Source: Dehalococcoidia bacterium
GTDB taxonomy: Bacteria > Chloroflexota > Dehalococcoidia > Plut-88900
NCBI GenBank assembly: GCA_965197585.1
Contig: OZ240215.1
Span: 1,056,001 to 1,120,000, forward strand
Direction: 5' to 3'
Length of the DNA: 64,000 nt
The number at the start of each line of letters is the position of its first letter. Within the stretch, counting starts at the first letter, position 1. The position numbers and the translations under genes are program-made. This document shows, piece by piece, positions 27,832 through 35,988 of the stretch. Below the pieces are notes generated by a model. The model searched no databases. It saw only the letters and a list, made by a program, of their open reading frames with translations, and was not told where the DNA came from.

Positions 27832-29286
27832 TTATCCCGATATCGAAAGCACGTGCTCGATGGCGGCTTCCAGCTGGACGTCCTTCTGGGCCGCGAGATC
27901 AGCTTCGGTGAAAGACACCAGGATGTCAGGTTCGATGCCGAACCCCTCGATTACGTCGCCGTCGGGGGTGAGCCAGCGGGCAAAGGTGACATTCAGCCCC
28001 GACCCGTCCGACAGGTTGTATAGCCGGGTGACGCTTCCCTTGCCGAAGGTCGGGAGCCCGATAAGCTGGGCCCGGCCCCGGTCCTGCAGTGCGCCCGCCA
28101 GCACCTCTGCGCCGCTGGCGCTGTGCGCGTCAACCAGGACGGCAAGGGGCACGTCCAGGGCTACGCCGCCGCCGTCAGCATCCCAGTCGGTCCTGCTGCC
28201 GTTACCTTCCATCTCGATTAGCACCAGGCCGCCGTCCAGGAAGAGGTCGGCGACCTGGACGGTCTCCCGCAGCAGCCCACCCGGATTCTGGCGCACGTCC
28301 AGGATGATTCCCTTAGCTCCTTGGGACAGAGCTTCTTCCAGGAACGCCTCTGTCTCACCGGGGGTGCGGCGGGTAAACAGGTGGATCCTGATTCGATATA
28401 TGTCGTCGTCGAGAGATTCCATACTGACACTGTCGATTGGAATATTGCCGCGCACGATGACCACTCGCTCAGGGTCATGGTCCAGAAGGTGCTGGATCAG
28501 GAGCTCTACAGGCGTGCCTTCCGGCCCCCGGATGCGCAGTATCGACTCCCGCAGGGTGATGGAGTTCGCCTCGATTCCGTCGATCTCCAGGATGATGTCG
28601 CCGGCCAGGATTCCGGCGGCCTCGGCGGGAGAGTTTTCCATCGGGGATATGATTATTGGGTACCCCTCGCTATTGGTGCCCACGTAGGCCCCGATCCCGT
28701 GGAACGAACCCTCCAGGTCCGCCTGGTCCAACCTCAGGTCTTCCCGGGACAGGTAGGCTGTATACGGATCGGCCAGGGCCCCCACCATGCCTCGGATGGC
28801 GGCGGTGTTCAGGTCTTCCAGTCCCAACGCGGTATTGGAGGGTTGGGTGTATGCGTACGCGAGGACCTCGTAGGCCTCCTCCAGTTCGTCCCCTCCCGGC
28901 ACCGAGAAATAGTTCTCCTCCAGCTCCAGGTCGTATTCCAGGGCCCGAGCCTCGGCTATGGAGAGGGACGTGTCTTCGGTAGCTTCCAGGATGCCGAATA
29001 TGGCCCCGTCGCTCAGCACGCGCGCGTCTACGTTGTCGATATCCACGTACTCCCGCTGGACTATGCGCCAAACTTCGTAGAGGGCGCGGGCTTCGTCTGG
29101 CAGGCTTATGGTGAGCGGCTCCTCATTAGGTTCCGCAGTAGTCGTGGATTGGGGGCTGGCATCGGAGGTGGACTCATTGGGGGTCGAGTCCACGGGGGTT
29201 ATGTCCCCGCCGCCCCGGCAGGCGAACACGAGGGCGATAACGGAGATGAGAAGAATGACTGTAGCGAGCCGTTTGCAAATGGGCAA
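27832..29286 (-). CDS. ctpA: S41 carboxyl-terminal processing protease (PDZ), probable lipoprotein
   Basis: Lipobox-like FAC, DPYT, GIGA (PDZ), DVRQNPGG, SASGAE and TFGKG motifs. Confidence 0.9.
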   Translation of the reverse strand: MPICKRLATVILLISVIALVFACRGGGDITPVDSTPNESTSDASPQSTTTAEPNEEPLTISLPDEARALYEVWRIVQREYVDIDNVDARVLSDGAIFGILEATEDTSLSIAEARALEYDLELEENYFSVPGGDELEEAYEVLAYAYTQPSNTALGLEDLNTAAIRGMVGALADPYTAYLSREDLRLDQADLEGSFHGIGAYVGTNSEGYPIIISPMENSPAEAAGILAGDIILEIDGIEANSITLRESILRIRGPEGTPVELLIQHLLDHDPERVVIVRGNIPIDSVSMESLDDDIYRIRIHLFTRRTPGETEAFLEEALSQGAKGIILDVRQNPGGLLRETVQVADLFLDGGLVLIEMEGNGSRTDWDADGGGVALDVPLAVLVDAHSASGAEVLAGALQDRGRAQLIGLPTFGKGSVTRLYNLSDGSGLNVTFARWLTPDGDVIEGFGIEPDILVSFTEADLAAQKDVQLEAAIEHVLSISG

Positions 29287-29391
29287 TGTACTCTAGCCTC
29301 AATGGCGGAACGAAGATAGTAACATTTGTTTCCAGAGCTTAAGGAAATTTTATCATAGCCATAGGGCGCCTCCAATTCGGAATCGGAGACG

Positions 29392-29421
29392 TTGACACAT
29401 CGGAAGGCGTGTCCATAGAAT
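29392..29421 (+). promoter_or_regulatory. sigma70-type promoter for the Zn-ribbon-rnhA operon
   Basis: TTGACA-18 nt-TAGAAT. Confidence 0.65.
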
Positions 29422-29471
29422 CGTAGTCCCCGCGCCCCGGAACCCGAGTTGATCCCATTAGTGAGGCTGGT

Positions 29472-30173
29472 ATGGCGGTCGGAAGGCAAATTTACGAACT
29501 GCATCAGCTGGATGCTTCAATCCTCGATACGGACGCCGCCCTGGCTCTCGTCAACCGCAAATTGACGGACGATTCAGAGCTCCGGAAAGCCGAGGCAGTC
29601 CTTAGTCGAGCCCAGGAAAAGCTCGCGGGTGTGGAGCGGCGTCAGCGTGAAGCAGAGGCCCTTATGAGCGACATCCAGGCGCGCCTCGGGCCACTGGAGA
29701 CAAAGACCTACGACGGCTCCGTCGGCAATCCCCGCGAACTCCAGAGTATGGAACGGGAAGTGGAAAACCTCAAAAAGCGGCTTTCCGAAGCGGAAGACAG
29801 CTTTCTCAATATTCTTGACGAGCACGATGCTGCATCAAAAGTTGCTGCTGAAAAAGAAGCCCAGCGTTCCGCCGCCAAGAAAAATAGGAAGACCGAGCTA
29901 AAGGACCTGTCTAACGAGAAGGACAAGCTGGAGTTCGATCTTCTGGAGCTTTCCGAAAAGCGTGACGGTAGGGCCTCTGCGTTAGACGCGGACCCGAAGA
30001 ACCTGTACGAAACTCTTCGACAGTCGCTGGGAGGGTTGGCCTTAGCGACCATTGGGCGCGGAATGTGCAACATTTGCCGCATATCCTTGCCAATGAACGT
30101 GGTCCAAAAAGCGAAGGCCGGCAGAGAACTGTCCCAATGCCCTACCTGCTCAAGGATCCTGTGGGTCGAGTAG
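29472..30173 (+). CDS. Coiled-coil protein with C4 Zn-ribbon (DUF164-like)
   Basis: ATGGCGGTCGGA (MAVG) reads on the + strand at 29472, with TAG at 30171-30173, so the ORF track strand label is wrong. CNIC and CPTC motifs. Confidence 0.9.
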   Translation: MAVGRQIYELHQLDASILDTDAALALVNRKLTDDSELRKAEAVLSRAQEKLAGVERRQREAEALMSDIQARLGPLETKTYDGSVGNPRELQSMEREVENLKKRLSEAEDSFLNILDEHDAASKVAAEKEAQRSAAKKNRKTELKDLSNEKDKLEFDLLELSEKRDGRASALDADPKNLYETLRQSLGGLALATIGRGMCNICRISLPMNVVQKAKAGRELSQCPTCSRILWVE

Positions 30174-30222
30174 TTCACGTCCACCCCACCTCCCCCAGCC
30201 TCACTTTGAAAGGAGTGACGGC

Positions 30223-30627
30223 GTGATGAGCAAAGCTATCATCCAGACTGACGGCGCTTCCCGCGGAAACCCGGGGCCCGCGTCCATCGGCGGCGTGATA
30301 TGGGACTACGAAGGCCAGGTCATCGCCGAGGTCAGCAAGGCCATAGGCATTGCCACCAGCAACGTGGCGGAGTACAGGGCACTGGTTGAGACACTGGCCA
30401 AGGCCCTGGAATTGGGTGTCGAGTTTGTCGACATCCGTCTTGACTCGGAACTGATAGTCAGGCAAGTCAACGGCAGTTACCGGACCAGGAAACCCAAGTT
30501 GAAAAAACTCCTCTCCCAGGTCCAGGGACTACTGCGATCATTCGATGGGTACGTTATCCAGCACGTGCCTCGATGGGACAACCGCCACGCCGACGCCCTC
30601 GCCAACCGGGCTTTGGACGCTCGCTGA
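30223..30627 (+). CDS. rnhA: Ribonuclease HI (archaeal/actinobacterial-like type)
   Basis: TDGASRGNPG, NVAEY, DSELIV and ADALAN motifs. Confidence 0.93.
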   Translation: MMSKAIIQTDGASRGNPGPASIGGVIWDYEGQVIAEVSKAIGIATSNVAEYRALVETLAKALELGVEFVDIRLDSELIVRQVNGSYRTRKPKLKKLLSQVQGLLRSFDGYVIQHVPRWDNRHADALANRALDAR

Positions 30628-30629
30628 AT

Positions 30630-30658
30630 TTGACCTCCCCGTTAGGGTGGCATAGTCT
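30630..30658 (+). promoter_or_regulatory. sigma70-type promoter of rnpB
   Basis: TTGACC-17 nt-TAGTCT just upstream of the RNase P RNA. Confidence 0.6.
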
Positions 30659-30670
30659 TGAATGGGACTT

Positions 30671-31005
30671 GGAGACCGGGTGGCCGCCCGCCTCGGCGGG
30701 AGGAAAGTCCGAGCTCCACCGGGAAGGATGCTGGGTAACTCCCAGGAGGGGAAACCCTACGGAAAGTGCCACAGAAACATACCGCCCGCCCATGGCGGGT
30801 AAGGGTGAAATGGCGAGGTAAGAGCTCACCAGTAGTCGGGAGACCGGCTAGCTGGGCAAACCCCATCCGGAGCAAGGCCAAATAGGAGGACAATGGGACC
30901 CGGCCCGTCCTCGGGTTGGCTGCTCGAGCCCGGCGGTAACGCCGGGCCCAGATAGATGGCCACCGTCCGCCTCAGGCGGATACAGAACTCGGCTTATAGG
31001 TCTCC
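30671..31005 (+). ncRNA. rnpB: RNase P RNA (type A)
   Basis: GAGGAAAGTCCGAGCTC, GAAAGTGCCACAGAAA, GAGCAAGGCCAAATAG and ACAGAACTCGGCTTA; terminal GGAGACC/GGTCTCC P1 pairing. Confidence 0.97.
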
Positions 31006-31016
31006 GCAGGTCTCGG

Positions 31017-31052
31017 TGGGGCGGCGGCGCGTGCGTCGCCGCCCCATTCTTT
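31017..31052 (+). terminator. Intrinsic terminator after rnpB
   Basis: TGGGGCGGCGGCGC...GCGTCGCCGCCCCA stem followed by TTCTTT. Confidence 0.7.
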
Positions 31053-31120
31053 GTTGAAGGCATCGTGTGCCGACATATATACTGGGCTATCGCCCTCGTT
31101 TAGCCTTGCCGGAGGTATCT

Positions 31121-33091
31121 ATGACCACCTTGAAGAAGGCCCCCGAAGCCGCCGAGACTCGGTCCCCGACCGCCCATCCCCTCGACCCCCTCACCCCTGG
31201 TGAAATAGTCCGCGCCGTGGAAATACTGAATCGGGACCAGGACATCGGGCCGCGAGTGAGGTACGAGACCGTCGTCCTCAACGAACCGCCCAAGGACGAC
31301 GTCCTGGCCTACGACGGTACGAAAGCGCTACCTCGTGAGGCTTTCATCTGTATCCTGGACAACGACTCCCGCCGCACTTACGAGGCCGTCGTCTCTCTCT
31401 CCGAGGACCGCGTGAAGTCATGGAATCACATCCCCGGAGTCCAGCCCAAGATCATGCTGGACGAGTTCTACGAGTGCGAGCAGGCCGTCAAGGCCGACCC
31501 GGCATTCCGAGAGGCCCTCGCCCGACGGGGAATCACCAACGTGGACCTCGTGATGGTTGATCCTTGGGCTGCAGGCAATTACGGGTATGAGGGCGACAAC
31601 GGAATGCGGTTGTCCTACTCGCTCTGTTGGCTTCGCTCCAGCCCCAAGGACAACGGCTATGCCCGACCCATTGAGGGCGTAGTCCCAGTGGTCGACCTTA
31701 ATGAGATGAAGGTACTTCGGGTTATCGACCACGGCGTTGTGCCCCTCCCTCCGACCGACGGCAACTACTCCCAGAATTTCATTCACGAGTTCCGGGAAGA
31801 CCTTAAGCCCATAGAAATCACCCAGCCCGAGGGCCCCAGTTTCACGGTGGACGGGTGGCACGTTGCCTGGCAGAAGTGGGACATGCGTCTCGGGTTCACT
31901 CCCAGGGAGGGCCTGGTCCTCTATGACATCGCTTACACAGACCAGGGGCGTCGACGCCCGATTATCTACCGGACCTGTCTTTCCGAGATGGTTGTCCCCT
32001 ACGGCGAGCCTAATTCGCCCCACTTCCGCAAGAACGCCTTTGACGCCGGAGAGTACGGCATCGGCAACCTGGCCAACTCCCTTACCCTGGGGTGTGACTG
32101 CTTGGGCGAGATTCGCTATTTCGACGCCGTGACAAATGACACCCAGGGCGGCGTAATGGAAATACCCAACGCCATCTGCATGCACGAAGAGGACTTCGGG
32201 ATACTCTGGAAGCACGTCGACTGGCGGACCGGAGAGACCGAGGTGCGGCGCTCCCGCCGATTGGTCGTCTCGTTCATCTCCACGGTTGGAAACTATGAAT
32301 ACGGGTTCTTCTGGTACTTCTACCAGGACGGGACGATCCAGTACGAGGTCAAACTTACCGGCGTATTGAATAACGCCGCCGTTCCCCCGGGCCACGTGCC
32401 CGAGCACGGGACTTTGATTGCACCTCAACTCGCGGCCCACATCCATCAACACTTTTTCAACGTCAGGATGGACATGGCGGTGGATGGGCAGAAGAACTCA
32501 GTCTACGAGGTCAACAGCTACGCCTGCCCCGCTGACGAAAACAACCCCCACCACAACGCCTTCTATGCAGAGAAAACTCAGCTGAAGACCGAGTCCGAAG
32601 CCCAGCGCAACATCGACCCATACTCGGCCAGGTATTGGCTTATAACCAGCGAATCGGAGACTAACTACCTTGGGCAGAAGACCTCCTACAAGCTGATACC
32701 GGGAGAGAATGTGTTGCCCTTTGCCCACGACGACGCCTCGGTCATCAAAAGAGCGGGGTTCATGACCAAACACCTCTGGGTCACGCCCTACGACCCCGCG
32801 GAAATGGACGCCGCAGGCGACTACCCCAATCAGCATCCGGGTGGGGCCGGACTTCCGGCTTACACGAAGGCCAACCGGAGCCTCGACAACACCGATCTCG
32901 TAGTCTGGTATACCTTCGGACATCACCACGTCCCCCGCCCCGAAGACTGGCCTGTCATGCCGGTGATGTACACCGGGTTCAGCCTGAAACCCGTCAGCTT
33001 CTTCGACCGCAACCCCGCCCTGGACGTGCCCCCCTCCAGCCACGGGAACGGTCATCACTGCAGCGGCCACAATGGCTCGTGCCACGTGTGA
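31121..33091 (+). CDS. tynA: Copper-containing primary amine oxidase (TPQ)
   Basis: HPLDPL, LGCDC, TVGNYEY (TPQ consensus), HIHQH, HHVPRPEDWPVMP. GGAGGT RBS before ATG 31121. Confidence 0.95.
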   Translation: MTTLKKAPEAAETRSPTAHPLDPLTPGEIVRAVEILNRDQDIGPRVRYETVVLNEPPKDDVLAYDGTKALPREAFICILDNDSRRTYEAVVSLSEDRVKSWNHIPGVQPKIMLDEFYECEQAVKADPAFREALARRGITNVDLVMVDPWAAGNYGYEGDNGMRLSYSLCWLRSSPKDNGYARPIEGVVPVVDLNEMKVLRVIDHGVVPLPPTDGNYSQNFIHEFREDLKPIEITQPEGPSFTVDGWHVAWQKWDMRLGFTPREGLVLYDIAYTDQGRRRPIIYRTCLSEMVVPYGEPNSPHFRKNAFDAGEYGIGNLANSLTLGCDCLGEIRYFDAVTNDTQGGVMEIPNAICMHEEDFGILWKHVDWRTGETEVRRSRRLVVSFISTVGNYEYGFFWYFYQDGTIQYEVKLTGVLNNAAVPPGHVPEHGTLIAPQLAAHIHQHFFNVRMDMAVDGQKNSVYEVNSYACPADENNPHHNAFYAEKTQLKTESEAQRNIDPYSARYWLITSESETNYLGQKTSYKLIPGENVLPFAHDDASVIKRAGFMTKHLWVTPYDPAEMDAAGDYPNQHPGGAGLPAYTKANRSLDNTDLVVWYTFGHHHVPRPEDWPVMPVMYTGFSLKPVSFFDRNPALDVPPSSHGNGHHCSGHNGSCHV

Positions 33092-33094
33092 CCC

Positions 33095-35437
33095 GTGGAT
33101 GGTTTAAGCACAACCGAAATCGGAGCGGGGGACCTGAAGGCCGTACTGCCCGACCTGACCGGGACGCTCAACCTTGCCGGGCTGGATGGTACGGTCACCG
33201 TCTACCGAGACCGGTCGGGCATACCCCACGTCCAGGCTTCCTCTCTGCAGGACGCGTTCTTTGCACAAGGATTCGTAACGGCTCAGGACCGGCTTTGGCA
33301 CATGGACTGGGATCGGCGCCGGGCCTTGGGCAGATGGGCCGAAATAGCAGGGCCCGCTGGCGTTGAGCAGGACAAGCTGATGCGGAGGTTTCGGCTCGGG
33401 GCAAGTGCAAAAGCCGACTTCGAAGTCGTGAGCCCGGATACCGGGGCCATGCTCGAAAGCTATGCCAGGGGCGTCAACGCATTCATTCAGACCGCCTCCG
33501 AGTTGCCCATCGAATACCGGATCATAGGCTCGGGCCCCGAGCCCTGGGAACCCTGGCACTCGATGGCCGTTTTCAAGGTGCGCCACATCCTGATGGGCTC
33601 CTTTGAGCGGAAGCTGTGGAACGCGCGGATGGTCGGACGGCTCGGCTACCAGAAGGCACAGGAAGCGATGCCCGAGTCCCGGCCCGGCGAGCTGCTTATC
33701 GTGCCGCCGGGAGGCGAATACTCAGGCCCGACGGATAAGTCGCTGCCTGACTTCCTTGAAGGCGCGGAGTGGCCTGGACTCCCTACAAGGGAAGAGGGTG
33801 GAAGCAATAACTGGGCGGTGCATGGGAGCCGGACTGCCTCCGGCGCACCTCTCCTCGCAGGAGACCCACATCGGGGGCTTGATGCGCCCAGCGTTTACTA
33901 CCAGAACCACATAGCGTGTGACGAGTTTGATGTTGTAGGGCTCTCATTCCCCGGCGTGCCGGGGTTTCCGCACTTTGGACACAACGCTCACGTAGCCTGG
34001 TGCGTAACCCACGCCATGGCCGACTACCAGGACCTCTTCATCGAGCGATTCAAGGACGACGACTCCCGATTCTATGAATTCAAGGGTGAGTGGGCACCTG
34101 CCGAGGTCTCGACCGAAGTCATACAAGTGGCAGATGGGCCTTCGGAGGAATTCGAAATCATCTCCACCCGACACGGTTCTATCGTGGCAGGAGACCCGGC
34201 CAAAGGGACAGCCTTAGCTCTCAGGTATACCGCGACCGTCGAACCCATCAAGGCCTTCGACTCGATAAGTCAGATGCTCACTGCCACGTCGGTTGACGAG
34301 ATGGACGAGTCGATGCGGGACTGGGTTGACCCAGCCAACAACTTCGTCTGCGTAGACGTGCAAGGCGACATAAAGTATCTGACCCGTGGCCGACTCCCGA
34401 TCAGGCCCAAGGCCAACGGATGGGTCCCGGTTCCCGGCTGGAGTGGAGACTATGAGTGGTCCGGCTACGTCCCATTCGAGGAAATGCCAAGGTCTCGGAA
34501 CCCCGAGACCGGTTTTATCGTCACTGCCAACAACCGCATCGCCGACGAGGACTATCCTTACTACATCGGCCTGGACTACGACGGCGAGCACCGAGCCAGG
34601 TGTATCTATCAAGCCCTCGAAACACTGGCCGCGGCTTCTGTGGAAGACATGGCCTCTGTGCACGCGCTGCGTACGTCGATACCGGCCCGGGAGTTGTGTG
34701 AGCTGCTGAACGATGTGGAGATGCGTACCGAAGCGGCCACAGAAGCAAAGCGCATGCTCCATTCATGGGATCGCCGGATGGACAGAGGCCGTCCGGAGCC
34801 AACTATCTTTAGCGCTTTCCACGATGCCCTCGCCGAGGCATATTCCTCGTCCATCCTCGGTCCCCTGGCTGAAGAAATGGCAGGTGAGACGGGACGGGGA
34901 GCGCCGTCCTGGTACGGGCGCACAAAGTCGAGTCTGCACGACCAGCTCAAGTCGCTATCCTCCTTCGGCGAGATGACTGAAGTTCACTCTCTTCTCGCCG
35001 GGGCCCTGGAAACAGCAGTGGCTAAGCTGAAGGCTTGGCTCGGTGGGGAGATGTCTGAGTGGACCTGGGGCCGAGTTCACAGAACGAGTCCCAGGCACGC
35101 CCTGTCCGCTGCCTTCCCCAATCTGGCCCAGGAACTCAATCCCCCGTCTGTGGGCACACACGGAGACGGTTTTACGCCCCTGGCAGGCTCCTACTCGGCT
35201 GCGGAGCCATACATACTAACGTCGGCTTCCATGGCCCGGTACGTGTTCGATGCGTCGAACTGGGAAAACTCACGCTGGGTCGTGCCCCTGGGAGCGTCCG
35301 GGCATCCGGGAAGCCCTCACTACTCCGACCAGTCCGAGACATGGGCCAACGTCGCCCTCCTACCCATGCTCTACGACTGGGAAGCGGTCTCCCTGCAGTC
35401 CGAGACCCATCAGTCCCTGTTGCCGGCGACCGAATAG
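33095..35437 (+). CDS. Penicillin acylase/AHL acylase family Ntn-hydrolase
   Basis: GIPHV, AQDRLW, GSNNW (N-terminal Ser nucleophile), DPH, TANN and GASGHPGSPHY motifs. Confidence 0.93.
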   Translation: MDGLSTTEIGAGDLKAVLPDLTGTLNLAGLDGTVTVYRDRSGIPHVQASSLQDAFFAQGFVTAQDRLWHMDWDRRRALGRWAEIAGPAGVEQDKLMRRFRLGASAKADFEVVSPDTGAMLESYARGVNAFIQTASELPIEYRIIGSGPEPWEPWHSMAVFKVRHILMGSFERKLWNARMVGRLGYQKAQEAMPESRPGELLIVPPGGEYSGPTDKSLPDFLEGAEWPGLPTREEGGSNNWAVHGSRTASGAPLLAGDPHRGLDAPSVYYQNHIACDEFDVVGLSFPGVPGFPHFGHNAHVAWCVTHAMADYQDLFIERFKDDDSRFYEFKGEWAPAEVSTEVIQVADGPSEEFEIISTRHGSIVAGDPAKGTALALRYTATVEPIKAFDSISQMLTATSVDEMDESMRDWVDPANNFVCVDVQGDIKYLTRGRLPIRPKANGWVPVPGWSGDYEWSGYVPFEEMPRSRNPETGFIVTANNRIADEDYPYYIGLDYDGEHRARCIYQALETLAAASVEDMASVHALRTSIPARELCELLNDVEMRTEAATEAKRMLHSWDRRMDRGRPEPTIFSAFHDALAEAYSSSILGPLAEEMAGETGRGAPSWYGRTKSSLHDQLKSLSSFGEMTEVHSLLAGALETAVAKLKAWLGGEMSEWTWGRVHRTSPRHALSAAFPNLAQELNPPSVGTHGDGFTPLAGSYSAAEPYILTSASMARYVFDASNWENSRWVVPLGASGHPGSPHYSDQSETWANVALLPMLYDWEAVSLQSETHQSLLPATE

Positions 35438-35694
35438 AAGACACGCCTCGCGGGCTCAGGCGATCCTTCCTCTGGCTATGTGCTCCAGTGCTTTGAAACC
35501 TGCAATAGGGGTGCTCAGACGGCCTTGGGACGCCTAAATTGAATTCCAAGCCCTAAAAGAGCCCCCATTGTCTATTGACCGCAGGGCAAGACCTATGAGA
35601 TGCTTTTAAGCGTGCTACGTGGGCCGTTGAGCGCGTCTGATATTAGAGCGTCAGAATGGCCCGCAACATTCTCATTCTAAGGTAGGGGAAACAA

Positions 35695-35838
35695 ATGCAA
35701 GGATATTGCGTAAAGTGTCGAGCCTCCCAGGAGATCAAAGACGCCGAGCAGATCACGATGAAGAATGGTCGGCCTGCCACCCGAGGCATCTGCCCGGTCT
35801 GCGGAACAAAGATGTTCCGCATCGGCAAGTCCAGTTAG
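35695..35838 (+). CDS. Small Zn-ribbon protein, DUF5679-like (47 aa)
   Basis: MQGYCVKCRASQEIKDAEQITMKNGRPATRGICPVCGTKMFRIGKSS*; AGGGG RBS. Below the ORF-track length cutoff. Confidence 0.85.
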   Translation: MQGYCVKCRASQEIKDAEQITMKNGRPATRGICPVCGTKMFRIGKSS

Positions 35839-35909
35839 CTAACGTTTCAGCCTCGGGCCTTCCGGCGCATAGTTGGCCCGAGGCAAAACCCGCTCCCGTA
35901 TAACACCAT

Positions 35910-35930
35910 CAGGCCTGGCGGCCTGTTTTT
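35910..35930 (+). terminator. Putative intrinsic terminator
   Basis: CAGGCC-TGGC-GGCCTG followed by TTTTT. Confidence 0.5.
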
Positions 35931-35988
35931 GATAAAGCGGGAGCGATATCTTATATACCCGTCTTCCAGTCAACGATAGCGAGTGCTT

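Noticed and set aside
33089-33097. In-frame TGA between amine oxidase and acylase as a possible Sec/readthrough fusion
   Set aside because: Both proteins are complete on their own, the codon is not at a catalytic position, and the downstream hairpin loop lacks a leading G.
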